A DNA stretch of 64,000 bases from positions 30,690,001-30,754,000 of the forward strand of contig OX597836.1 in the NCBI GenBank assembly GCA_951406725.2. Reading direction: 5' to 3'. Below the pieces are notes generated by a model. The model had not been told where the DNA came from, did no database searches, and saw only the letters and a list, made by a program, of their open reading frames with translations. This DNA is from Octopus vulgaris. Lineage: Eukaryota. Made by a program: the position numbers and the translations under genes. Every line of letters starts with the position of its first letter. Positions within the stretch are counted from its first letter, which is position 1. Below are positions 38,384 through 50,214 of the stretch, in pieces.

Positions 38384-38635
38384 AGCGATCGCTATCGTCT
38401 GTTATAGCGATCTCTTCACTTTTTTTATCAAAAAATTTAGTGTTACTTCCTTGAAATGAATCTAGAACTGGTTTTCAGTTAGTTCAGTTTCAACGATATT
38501 TCTTCAAAAGAAAAAAAATGGAGAAATGTTTTGCGAAAAAGAAAAACAGCAAGCCTTAAAATCGGTTTTGGCAAATCCGTTTCGGTTTTACTGATCATAA
38601 TATAAAACCGGTTTCGAGGCCTAATACACACACAC

Positions 38636-38710
<75 letters not shown>

Positions 38711-39199
38711 ACCACTGATTTCTAAGAGATGGCATAAAGCCAGACATTTTGGGTTTGAAGCCCAGTTCTCCCTATTTTTTTATCAACACAGGAAAAATGA
38801 AAAGTAAAATCAACACTGGCAGACTTTGAATTCAATGTAAAGGGAACACAAATACAAGTTTAAGTAATCTAGATATACAACATGACTAAAAGTAGGGCCC
38901 TTTGAAAGCAGAAAGTGGATATAAGAACGGCTGTGTGGTAAGCAGTTTGCTTTCCTGTTCTGAGTTCGTTCCAACTGCATGGCACCTTGGGCAAGAACAG
39001 TCTTCTACTATGGCCTGAGGCTGACCAAAGCCATGTGAGTGGTTCTGGAAGACAGAAGCTGCAAGATATCCATTGTATGTATATATATATATAAGGGGAT
39101 ACTGAAAAGTTCCTGGCTTTGAGTAAAATAAAATACAGGAAGATTAGTTGATTATCATTTTATTCAACATATTCCCCTTTCAGTGTGGCAGCTGACTTG

Positions 39200-39610
39200 G
39201 TAGACACCCATAGAATTATTAGCCATCTTACTAACAATAACTCTGAGCACCTTTTCAAACTCCACCCGTCTAACACCCGTGAACATATTTACAAAGTCAG
39301 AAAACAGCACAGCTCCCATGACTTTCGGAAACATTTTTTCACGCTGAGAGTTGCTGAAGTATGGAACAAACTGCCGGCATCAATTGTTAGTTGTCGGAGC
39401 ACTGCATCCTTCAAAACTTCCATGCTTTCTGAGATTCGCCAACACTACACCTGATTTTCTCCCCTCCATACACACGCAAGCATGTATCTGTCTCGTACAC
39501 TGTTCGTTTTCCAGACATTTGTACATTACTGCATATACTTTATACGCACTTTTTGACAAGTTGTGGTGCACCTGAGCACTGTATACAATAATTTCATTAT
39601 TATTATTATA
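39200..39610 (+). mobile_element. CR1/L2-like LINE 3' end
   Basis: RKHFFTLRVAEVWNKLP motif followed by a 3' UTR and (TTA)n tail. Confidence 0.75.
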
Positions 39611-39841
39611 TTGAAAAAGTATTGCCGAAGTAGAAAATATCAATTCTATATAAAGGTAGGGTGGTCACAACTGGACGGCTTTTAGTATTGGTTCTGCTTA
39701 TAGTGGGTTGAACAACAAGCTAGAAACATAACTTAACAGACGTGATATAAAAAAGATCTGATGTGGGTAACTAAAGATTGAAAATGATGGATTTTATTCT
39801 GATATTTTTTATTCTTAATATACCTAGAATATTATCTAACG

Positions 39842-40246
39842 GGCGATCTTTCGTCTCTAGTAGACCTTTCCGTAAAAAAAATTTTTTTTTTACATATGGG
39901 CTTGCGGGAACTTTTGAAGTAATATACATACATATACACATACACCGAGTAAAAAATTTCAGTTATCTCTTTCTTTCACACAATACTCTGTCTCTTCACA
40001 CACACTAACAGAAGCACTTCACTTACACAACATACTGTCTGTCTCCCACACCCCATCAAACACACACACATACATCAATGCTCCCATGCACGGTAACTTC
40101 AAAAGAACTTCCCTCGTCATACAATCGCTTCCTCTTAGTCTCTTTCGCTCTCATTACTTCAAAAGTTCCCGCAAGCCCATATGTAAAAAAAAAAAAAAAA
40201 TTTTACGGAAATCGATGGAAAGGTCTACTAGAGACGAAAGATCGCC
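39842..40246. mobile_element. Second copy of the Merlin-type MITE
   Basis: Same TIRs. Perfect 8-bp TSD atctaacg. Confidence 0.85.
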
Positions 40247-43200
40247 ATCTAACGTATCTTTCTTCTTTATGAATGTTGGATTCGATTAAGATTTGACGTC
40301 TGCTATCAGGTCGACAAGTTATGTAGAGGCTCCTTGTAATATGCCTGACAAAAATATACAGCGTCATCAGGTTTATCACTTGAGTAAAATGTACAAGCTG
40401 CGAATTGCACGTAAAGAGGGATAACTCTGCGTTACTGCATTTATCATGGAAATATTGACGTTGAAGATAATAATGGTAGTCCTATAAATTTAGAAGAAAA
40501 TATATATTATTCACACGTTGAAGCTCACAAATTGCCAATTCATATCTTTCTCATTAATAGTTGTAAAATTATGCAAAATGGTTGAACAGGGTGCAGCTGT
40601 GACATTGTGGGCTTGGGTTCAGTCCCACTGCATGGCACCTTGGACAAGTGTCTTCTGCTATCGCCCTGAGGCAACCAAAGCCTCGCACATAGATTTGGTA
40701 GGCAGAAACTGTGTGTCTTTAAGGCGGCGAGCTGGCAGAAACGTTAGCACGCCGGGCGAAATGCTTTGCGGTATTTCATCTGGCACTATGTTTTGAGTTC
40801 AAATTCCGCCGAGGTCGACTTTGCCTTTCATCCTTTCAGGGTCGATAAATTAAGTACCAGTTACTCACTGGGGTCGATATAATCGACTTAATCCGACTGT
40901 ATGTCCTTGTTTGTCTCCTCTGTGTTTAGCCCCTTGTGGGTAGTAAAGAAATAGGTATTTCGTCTGTCTTTACATTCTGAGTTCAACTTTGCCTTTCATC
41001 TTTTCAGGGTTGATAAATTGAGTACCAGTTAAACACTGGACTGATGTAATCGACTAGGCCCCTTCACCGAAATTTCAGGCCTTGTACCTTTAGTAAAAAG
41101 GTTATTACTACTGACACTCTTATTGGTTTGTTCAGATAGACATGAATGCCTTATGATATCCATCTATTGATCAAGCCATCATTCTCCATTCATCAATCAA
41201 GCCATCTTCTCCACCCACTATTCCTGAGAGTCATGGGGGTAGAATCCTCAGGCACCTTCCCCCATAGGGTTCTGTCAGAAGCAACCAGCATTATACTTTC
41301 TGGCTGGATTCCTAAGCATGACCAACTGAGATTATGGATATTATCCAACCATTTTGTTCTTGGTCTTCCTCCTATTAGCTCAGCTTGAAGAATCTGTCTT
41401 GTGGTTCTTCCCTGCAACATTCTAATTACATATCCACGGTGAGACGATGGATATTAACCAACCATCTCATTCTCAGTTTACTCCATGGTCTCTTCCCTGC
41501 AACATCCTAATCACACGTTCATAGTACCAAAACTGTGACTTCTCAATGCAAAGAAATAGTAACTAGACTTGGAGAAATTTCCTGATCTCTGAGTTATGCA
41601 CCCTGTTCAGTAACATTACTCCAGTTTTTATGTTACAATACTGACCGGTCCTAATTGGATGAGTGTAAGGTCAATTGGCTTTATGACATAAAAACTGCAA
41701 ATGTCAATGTTTAGTATGTAGTAGAATGACGTTGTGGAATGAATATAAAATGAAATAAGTCTCTCAGGATGAAATCACTCATAGCATACACTGAGTTAAA
41801 CCTTGCTTAAAGTATTCTCTTCCTGGAAGATCCAGCTGGGTTGACAGCTCAAGCTGGTTGACCACATACCACATGGTCATAGCAGATGAGGAGGTATCTT
41901 GTGATGGGGATTGACTGGGACTCTACTTGACTAATCACCCACGAGAACCCGGGAATATTCCTAATAATGGTGAATGCAGCAACATGCTGCAATGGTACAT
42001 ACTCCTACATCTGACCTGACCTATCAGAATGATATTCGTTTGGAAGCAGCTACTAAGGAGGAATTGAGCCTGAAGATCAAGATTACAGTGTGTTGATCAA
42101 GAGAATTATTTCTCTTCTTTACAACTCTACTCACTTCACTAGGTCAGGCCTGGTTTAGTTCTGCTCACCACTGAGGCAGCAGCCTGTTCTTGCTCCTATG
42201 CTGTCTATGTATGACTAGCATGGAATTTTGTCAGTGAACAGGTCGCTGTCTCAAAGCAATGAAAATATTTTGACAAATTAAATTTAAATGTTGAAGTGAA
42301 TCTAACGGTTTTTATGTGTTTCTTAAATGGCTTATAAACACCTTCTACACAACAATTCATTCCAAAAGAAGATATTTCCCCAGATTAGTATATGATCCTG
42401 AAAATATAGTGCTTTTAGCTCTCTTATAACAAAGGACTGGCGATATTTCATGGCTGATAATGTCATGAAACCTGAAAAGAAAAGCATTGGGGTAGACCAA
42501 TCAGAGAGGGAGAGAGGGATAGTTTGTTCCTGTTGGATTAAGTAGGCTTAACGCTGGCACTCTCTGGACCTTGAGTGTCTTTAGTATAGATCACCTTACT
42601 GCAGGTATTTAAGCCAGGTTTGAAGATAACTTATTCCCATCTCCCTATTAGTATCAAAGACCCCAATCAAAAGTTTGTGAACACTGCACTTTCTTCTTTG
42701 ACTAAAACATTGGAATAAAATAGCCCTTTGTTAGGAAGAGAACAATAAAATGCTTTACTGTAAATGTTGTGAGCTTCATCGCTGCATGGTATATGAATTT
42801 ATCAAAATTAACTAAAAATGAAAGGGCTTTAGCAGAATACTTCATATCAAATTACATAAAATATAATTAAAAATAACAAATATGAAATTAAACATTTAGA
42901 AAGATGCTTTTAATTATTATCGTTATTATTTTTTGATAAAGCTAAAGCAATGCAAGTTAATAATGTAGGTTGGTGGTTAGTATTTTTACTGTATATTTCA
43001 AAATTTCAGTGCAATGACCCTGTGAAATATAAGGTAAATGAACTTAATCACTGACCTGCACTGTTTTGGCTTTAAAAAAAACAAAACAAAAAACATTTAT
43101 ATATATCAGACAATGCTTCACACAATCTACATTGTTTAGAAAGATGTTCAAATAACAAACCAAACACACAGGACAAATCTATGCGGTTGCTTAGTCTGTA

Positions 43201-43865
43201 CAAAAGATATAGCAATGAAATCTCCCTCAAATCATACCATACAACAGTGGTTCCAAACCATTTTATCAAAAGGAAATTTTTCACCAACACAGGCTTTTGA
43301 AAGATGTGTCTACTTGGAAAGCAAATTTAGTAACTAACAACAAACTAGTTTTCTCAATGGAAACACACATGTAACTGAGTAATTATACATTTTAGACTGC
43401 AATCTTTTAACATCATGGGTCCCACCAGTAATACCATCCTGGATCCTAGGCTAGGAACCACTGGCCTACAGTACTAAAAGTGAAAGGACATATTGGACAA
43501 TATCACTATCACTGTATTGACCAGACTATCAGATGTGGTTATACACTGCTGGTCACAATGTGCTTCCTTGCATTGTTGCAGCATTCGAGTAATGTTACCC
43601 CACTGGCAAGGTGGGCAGGCCATTATTTCCACTGAGCAGGAGATCAGTCCATCGCAGGGATACCAATTTACAGCTGAGTGGAATGGAATAACATGAAATG
43701 AAGTGTTTTGCTAAAGACCATAACACACCACTGATCTAGGAATCAAAACTATGCTCTTTGTCATGGCAAGTGCAACATCCTAACCACAAGAGCATGGCTG
43801 GAACATCTCTGATCATAGTTCAGCTTAATCAAAGCTGATCAGAGAGTGATCGACAACAACAGACA

Positions 43866-44338
43866 TGGAGGCACAATGGCCCAGTGGTTAGGGCAGCGGA
43901 CTCGCGGTCATAAGAACGTGGTTTCAATCCCCAGACCGGGCATTGTGAGTGTTTATTGAGCAAAAACACCTAAGCTCCACGAGGCTCTGGCGGGGGGTTG
44001 AACCCTGCTGTACTCTTTCACCACAACTTTCTTCCTACTTCTGCCACAAAGCAGAGGAACCATGGTGTAACCCACTATGGGGTGGTAAACTTTCAGACCC
44101 TAGTCTAGAGTGTGAATCCTCTGTACCCCAGGATGGTTCAGCTCTCCACCCGTTAAAAGCCACCATTTACGGAATGAGAATAACAACATAGCTTTTGCAT
44201 CCGTGCAACCGCCAGTCTATCACGTGTGGTGGGTGGAACTTCAAGTTGCCACACGCATTCTTAGTAGCTTAGAGTAGGCTTCAATTAGAGATTATTCTTT
44301 GTGGCTAATGGCGTGAGTCCTGACTGGAAGAAGAAGAA
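43866..44338 (+). mobile_element. tRNA-headed SINE with (GAA)n tail and 14-bp TSD
   Basis: Head tggcccagtggttagg...ggtttcaatccc. TSD gacaacaacagaca at 43852-43865 and 44339-44352. Confidence 0.75.
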
Positions 44339-45666
44339 GACAACAACAGACAGGATAATTGCTGAAAATGAATTATCTAATAACATCCAGCATACAATTT
44401 TTAATAAAATTATACTTTACCTTAAGGGTTCTCAACAATTCTTACCTATCAAACTCCTTCGATTACTATTTCATCCAGGTGGATCCCCATAGCTATTTTA
44501 TGTATAAAAACTAGTTTTATAGAAATTTCTTTCAAAATTCCTATTTTGTTTTCTGTGTATTAACTTGTGTAGGTTAAACCATGCAAAATGTTAGAGAAAG
44601 AAATCTAGCTGTTTCTTGCAATGCATACCAATGTGTACATCTGAAGCAAAGTTTTTTCAGAGGGGGGCCTTAAAATACTAGTGTGGATCCCCAATTCACC
44701 ATTTAGTTTTGTGGATCCTGGTTGAGAACCACTGCTTTAACTCTTTAGCCAAAATAGTCGTTCTAAAAATATGCAATAAATATCATTAAGACCTTGAAGC
44801 TACAAAATAATGCATGATTAATTCAGAACAATGTAAATAAACGCTAACGGGTTCAGATGAAAATTAAATAGTTGATTCATTTACAGAAAACTTGAAAAAA
44901 ATGAATTTTAAAAAATAACACAAAACATTACACAAAATGCACTGGTTTATTGCTTCCATTGACACTTTCATCCAGTCTTCTAGGTTACCATTTTTGCAGC
45001 ACTTATTAATTACCAGCATGTGATGATTCCGGAAGGAATTTGTAGTTCAAAGTTACAGAAATTATGAATTTCTTTATGGTGAGTTTAAAAAAAAATAATA
45101 GGGAAATAAAACCAACAACATAAAACACCCCTAACTTTCTCTAGAAAATACCAATAGAGTAGAAACTATATTGATATTATTAAATATGTATAATGATCAT
45201 GGAATATATCGAGTTAAACATAAACATTATATATATATATATATATATACATACATATATATGTATACATATATGTATGTATACATACCTATATATATAT
45301 GTGTTTACATAAATATGTATATACATACACATATATATATATACATACGCACACGTCTATATATCTTTGTCCTTTGTGAGTAATTTCAAAAGGATATATT
45401 TACAATATCATGATTTTCACACCAGTAAATCCAGATCAGCACAAACAGCAGCATTCATGGATTTTGGACTGATTGGCATTGATGGCCACTATGTGACAAT
45501 AGAGATATATTTAATCCTAATCAATGTATGGAAATACAATATTAAGAATATCTGATATGATATAATATCCTTCATACTAGTGCCATCATCTCAAAAATGG
45601 GAACATGGTTTGACACATTAGTCAGTCACTGCAGAAAGATATCCAGAGGTCTTTAGTTGATATGCT

Positions 45667-47532
45667 TTATGACATTAACGTAGCCATTAAAAATTCAATT
45701 TTGATTATAAAACTCCGACCGACTAGCTTATCAAGGTTAACTTCCTGAAAGGAACCTTCCAGGTTTTTCCACTTTGGATCTGTAACAACTGAACTGTCAT
45801 AAGAATGAGGTAAAGATTGAATATATACATGCTGACCTGTGGCAGCCCCACTCCGAATGCACACCAGTTTGTCCCCTTTAGGTGACCCCAACGTAATAGA
45901 AGAGGCAGTACCTAAAGGCTCCATCTGTCCAACTCCAACACAGTTACTACTTGATAAAATTTGCCACCCCATTAATTTACTCAAGAATACAATTATGGCT
46001 AAATGGTGGAAAGCAATCTGCCACATGAGCAGATCTTCCAATTCTTTAGGTTCAAATGACAATATGCTGACTCTTCCGTCTCTACTGATTGCTTTTATAG
46101 TGTCGGTGCCAATCTCTAACACCAATGATGTCCTGTTAATCTCATATCCAAGAGAAGTAATATTAATTTTAACACTGGATTCAAGACTGCTGTTTAAACA
46201 GCTCCAGTGGGTAGAAATCTGAGGATCAGGTACGTGGATGGCCATCCTGTCGACTGTTTCCATCACACGTTTACGAAGTACAGCATGCTTTGTCTGTTGT
46301 ATTATTTGTTCCAGTAATGTTTCATTCTCTGTCATTTCTGTAAGATCTTGGCGACTGTAACCATGGGGCCCAGCAAGTCGCCGCCTTTTGCTCAGACCCA
46401 ATGTGACAGTGACTGGATGTGGCGGTGGATGATTGATAGTTTTATAATGAGCTTCTCGGAGAAGCTGATGAAGAGAATGTTCAAGAACATGGTTATGATC
46501 GACTTTGAGAGAAGTAACACGTTTATCCTTGTCGTTGTAATGGCACAATACAATTGAGAGCTGGACTCCAGGGAATATATTTGTAATGATTTGGTTACCA
46601 ACAACCATATGTGGTACCTGAGATTTCAACTGTACTGCTTCTCGAGCCAGCTGTGAAAATAGTTCTTTGCAAAACAAAACATTTTGAGCAACTTCCAATT
46701 TCTGATGCCAATAAGTGTCTGAAGGAACGGGACATAATCCACTTGGCATTTTCAGAGCTACACTTGTCAGGTCTGATAATTCCGGGAAAGTCTTCACTTC
46801 AATTTTTACGTAAGCAACACCTTCTAACTCACTTGGAATGATTACTTCAAGGCAACTTTTCGGTGTGCCAGAAATAGAATCAATGTTGTCCATCTCTTTC
46901 GTACTTTTAACAACCTCGAACGTTCCACTCTGCCAATACCTGGAACCAACAGATTTATAACTGAAATCTCCAAGAATGGTATTTCCAACTTTTTTTAGTC
47001 TCCAATTATGTCTAAGTTTTAAGAGTTCTATGTGAAAGTCAGACTGAGTCCTCGCACTTGTTTCTTGTTGTGATTTCTTCAGACGTTCCGTTCCCTCCAC
47101 CAAAACAGCTGCAGCCGATACCAAACTTCGCTTTTTTGCCAGGAGCTGAACTGCCACACGGGACTCGTTAGACTCACCGACTACGTGATCAAGAATCATG
47201 TAACGTCTTTCTTTTGCAATATTAACAACATCATTAAGAACACTTATCTCAGTTAATGCAATCTTCAGCTTATTTCTCACGGAATCCCACGGCCACAGCG
47301 AAGGTTGGAATGGCGCTAACACTTTCTCGTCTGTTTCCTTCTCCCCTTCCGATGTTGGTTTGCCCTTTTCTTCACTTTCATCTCGGTAAAAATCGATCTT
47401 GTGTGCAAGTTTGGTTAGGTTTTCTGACATAGAAAGTGGCGGTAGACATAATTCCTGCCCATCAAGTGAAACTTCTTGGATTTGTTGTTCAATAATTGAC
47501 TCGACACTAACTGAAACCTCGCCGGTCGCCAT
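45667..47532 (-). CDS. MED17: Mediator of RNA polymerase II transcription subunit 17, intronless CDS, 621 aa
   Basis: Uninterrupted ORF. N-terminus (SVESIIEQQIQEVSLDGQE...PPLSMSENLTKLAHKIDF, FQPSLWPWDSVRNKL) and LEVAQNVLFCKELFSQLAREA match metazoan MED17. Confidence 0.97.
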   Translation of the reverse strand: MATGEVSVSVESIIEQQIQEVSLDGQELCLPPLSMSENLTKLAHKIDFYRDESEEKGKPTSEGEKETDEKVLAPFQPSLWPWDSVRNKLKIALTEISVLNDVVNIAKERRYMILDHVVGESNESRVAVQLLAKKRSLVSAAAVLVEGTERLKKSQQETSARTQSDFHIELLKLRHNWRLKKVGNTILGDFSYKSVGSRYWQSGTFEVVKSTKEMDNIDSISGTPKSCLEVIIPSELEGVAYVKIEVKTFPELSDLTSVALKMPSGLCPVPSDTYWHQKLEVAQNVLFCKELFSQLAREAVQLKSQVPHMVVGNQIITNIFPGVQLSIVLCHYNDKDKRVTSLKVDHNHVLEHSLHQLLREAHYKTINHPPPHPVTVTLGLSKRRRLAGPHGYSRQDLTEMTENETLLEQIIQQTKHAVLRKRVMETVDRMAIHVPDPQISTHWSCLNSSLESSVKINITSLGYEINRTSLVLEIGTDTIKAISRDGRVSILSFEPKELEDLLMWQIAFHHLAIIVFLSKLMGWQILSSSNCVGVGQMEPLGTASSITLGSPKGDKLVCIRSGAATGQHVYIQSLPHSYDSSVVTDPKWKNLEGSFQEVNLDKLVGRSFIIKIEFLMATLMS

Positions 47533-47939
47533 CTTTGTTCAGTTAATACAAAACCTGGATTGGGGGATTAGATTCGACTTTTTTAATCACCAAAGTGAAA
47601 TACAGAGGTATTTACGAAGTTACGGAGAAGCGTCTAAGTGATCGTTCAAACTGTTACAAATAGCAGTAAAATCTGCTTCAAACTACAGCCCATCATTTAA
47701 AAATGAAGTGAGGCATATTAGATAATGTTGTCTTAGATACTCCTCCAAAATGGGATCGCCAGGGATGAAATGCCTTTGATGATAAATCTGCTCAATAGGG
47801 GTTGACCTAGATAAACAAAAATAATAACAACAACAGAGACGAATAATAATAAATCAAAGAAATTCTACTATTTCACAAAATAATAAAAAACAATGAATTA
47901 TCGCAATAAACTAACAATCACCGTTTGATTTATTAAATT

Positions 47940-48092
47940 ATAGAGAAATAACACAGGAATGATAGTTCGTTTCGTCGGCTTTGTCTATCAAAATTTTTTC
48001 CGGAAATCTCACCGAGAACTTCCTGTTAATCTCAAGAAATTGTTTGGGATCAGAAGAAGCCAGGCTTTTTGGCGATCTCGACTGATTTTACC
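47940..48092. promoter_or_regulatory. Probable bidirectional promoter shared by MED17 and DNAJC21
   Basis: Start codons diverge 560 bp apart. Local CpG enrichment, with ETS-like CCGGAA (48000-48005) and ACTTCC (48018-48023). Confidence 0.6.
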
Positions 48093-48189
48093 ATGAAATG
48101 TCATTACGAAGTACTTGGAGTTCCTTTCGATGTTGGAGACGAGGAATTAAAAAAATCTTACAAAAAGCTTGCTCTGAAATGGCATCCAG
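48093..48189 (+). CDS. DNAJC21: DnaJ homolog subfamily C member 21, exon 1 (J domain)
   Basis: accATG start. Encodes [32 protein letters not shown](D). Donor gtaagt. Confidence 0.95.
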
Positions 48190-49611
48190 GTAAGTTTTTA
48201 TGGAAGCAGACGTAATATTTGATATTCTTTTTGTACCACATGTCTTTTCATTCATTGTTTATATAGATATATCTTACCTCCACACAGGGAATTTCGATCC
48301 GCTAGAAATAGCTGCCGGTCCTCACTCATAATGACATTGCTGTCTTTAACAAAAAATGACGGGACATTGAATAATATTGTCCAGAAAAAGGAATAGGAAG
48401 GTCAAAGCTGGAACAGCAGAGATCTGCTCAGTTAAGGCTAATTTGGGGGTTAAACAAGACCTAACAGAAGAGTGGGAGCTTCAACGTGTTCGCTCGTCCT
48501 GTTAAATATAGAAACCAAATCTTCATATCACAATCTACCCTCTTAGAAAACAAAAACAGGATAGATAAATGTCTGTGAATAATGTATGGCAAGAAAAATT
48601 GACGGGATAGTCACGGCTGGTATTCTTTTGATCAAAACTGTTAAGCAACAGCAACCGTCGTTTAATTACAGATCGTTTATTTACTTGCATTTTATTTTCA
48701 TTCCAGTTAAGAATTGTTCACAATCAATTTATTATACGTGTTCGATAAGTTCATACTAAATAAATTTGTGTGTGTGTATGTGTATATATATTGGAAGGTT
48801 TGAAGATGATGTACAGGTATTATTTGTAAATATAAACTATCCGATTTTCTGAGTACCTCATTTCTTCTAATATATATATATATATTAGCAAAAACTGTCC
48901 GACGAACGGGAACGTGAAACTCAGAGTAACAGGTTTTGTTGAATTTTCTGCTGCTTTTAAATAAAGTATATATATATATAAATTCAAATGAGGGTGAAAA
49001 ATTGGATATTAATTTGATAACATCCATTTAACACCAGTGGTCTTGCATATTAAAAAACTGAAGGTTCAGTAAATTGTATTACATACATATGAGAGGGATG
49101 ACCACTATGTGAACAACCATAATGCTAGAAGTAGATCCGCTATATGTGTGTGTGTGTATGTTCAGTTATGATAACAAGTAATTTTACATTGATCTGATGG
49201 GTTACTCTGTACTGTACTTTTATAGCGTACAAATTTATTATTCTTTAACAAGAGTATTATTAAGGACTTCGACGATGGCTTTAATCGACCGAAAAAGTCA
49301 GTGTTGTGCGTGTGTGAGACTGTGATATGTCAATAGATTGCGTAACAGGCGGTGTATGTGAGTCGAAAGTTTACAAAAGTATTGGCAGCTTCAAAAGATA
49401 AGTGCTCTGCATCCGACTAAACTTCTGCTGTCCACATGTACACTCATACACGCGCCTATGTTTGTAAAGTTTGCCAACTAAAAGGTCATGTAACACTGTT
49501 TGGAAGCGCGATTTATTTTTTTTTTGTAGCCAGAGATGGGTTTCCTCGGAGATTAATCGAAAGCCATCTCTCTGTCTGCCTCTCTCTAACATACAATATT
49601 TAGGAAATAAA

Positions 49612-50214
49612 GGCGGAATTCTGTTTTAAGCATCCCATATAACTTCTCATAAGTTGTTTTTTTATTTTCGGAATTTTCAGTAAATGTTTGTATATTTGTG
49701 TTCTACACTGGAATTCATACGATTATGAAAATACATTTAAAAGAAAAAGTTTTGGAATCTATTTTTTATTAATTTATTTTTTCAGTTTAATATATTCGGA
49801 CAGTCCGAATCTTTTAGTTTAAACTGCTGCATTAGACCATTAATTGTATTTAAGGGGAGAAAGATATCGAAAAAACATCAACACGTCAGAGTGAGAGAGA
49901 AGCGAGAAGGGCATTAGATGGTCTTGAGATGTACTAAAAATAACAGCTAGATAGCCCTTAAAAGAAAAAATATTGCGGGGTGGGGTTGCGTAATCGTTCG
50001 AATTCCCGGGTGTAGTACAGAAATTTTCAAAAATTTTCTGAAAATTCAAAGAAAAATAAATAAATAAAATACTAGGTATGTATGAAAAGTTTTGAGCTCC
50101 CAAAAAACAAAACATGGTACAAGACTTCTGATGAAGGTACAAAACTTCAAGGGCTCAAAGCTTTTCATACACCCCTCGTAAGTTTTGAGGGGGTGCTTAA
50201 AACAGAATTCCACC
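49612..50214. mobile_element. MITE with GG-starting TIRs
   Basis: ggcggaattctgttttaagcatcc / gggtgcttaaaacagaattccacc. Degraded 8-bp TSD (gaaataaa / gaagtaac). Confidence 0.65.

Larger units (their letters stand above)
36546..38623 (-). mobile_element. Internally deleted hAT DNA transposon with transposase remnant and nested insertions
   Basis: TAGG...CCTA termini and near-TSD atatacac / atacacac. ORF 37712-38383(-) contains ILDCRTRWKSTFHMIERFL, the hAT D..TRWNS motif. Confidence 0.8.

Noticed and set aside
45839-47641. Plus-strand ORFs overlapping MED17
   Set aside because: Short antisense shadows of the MED17 CDS.
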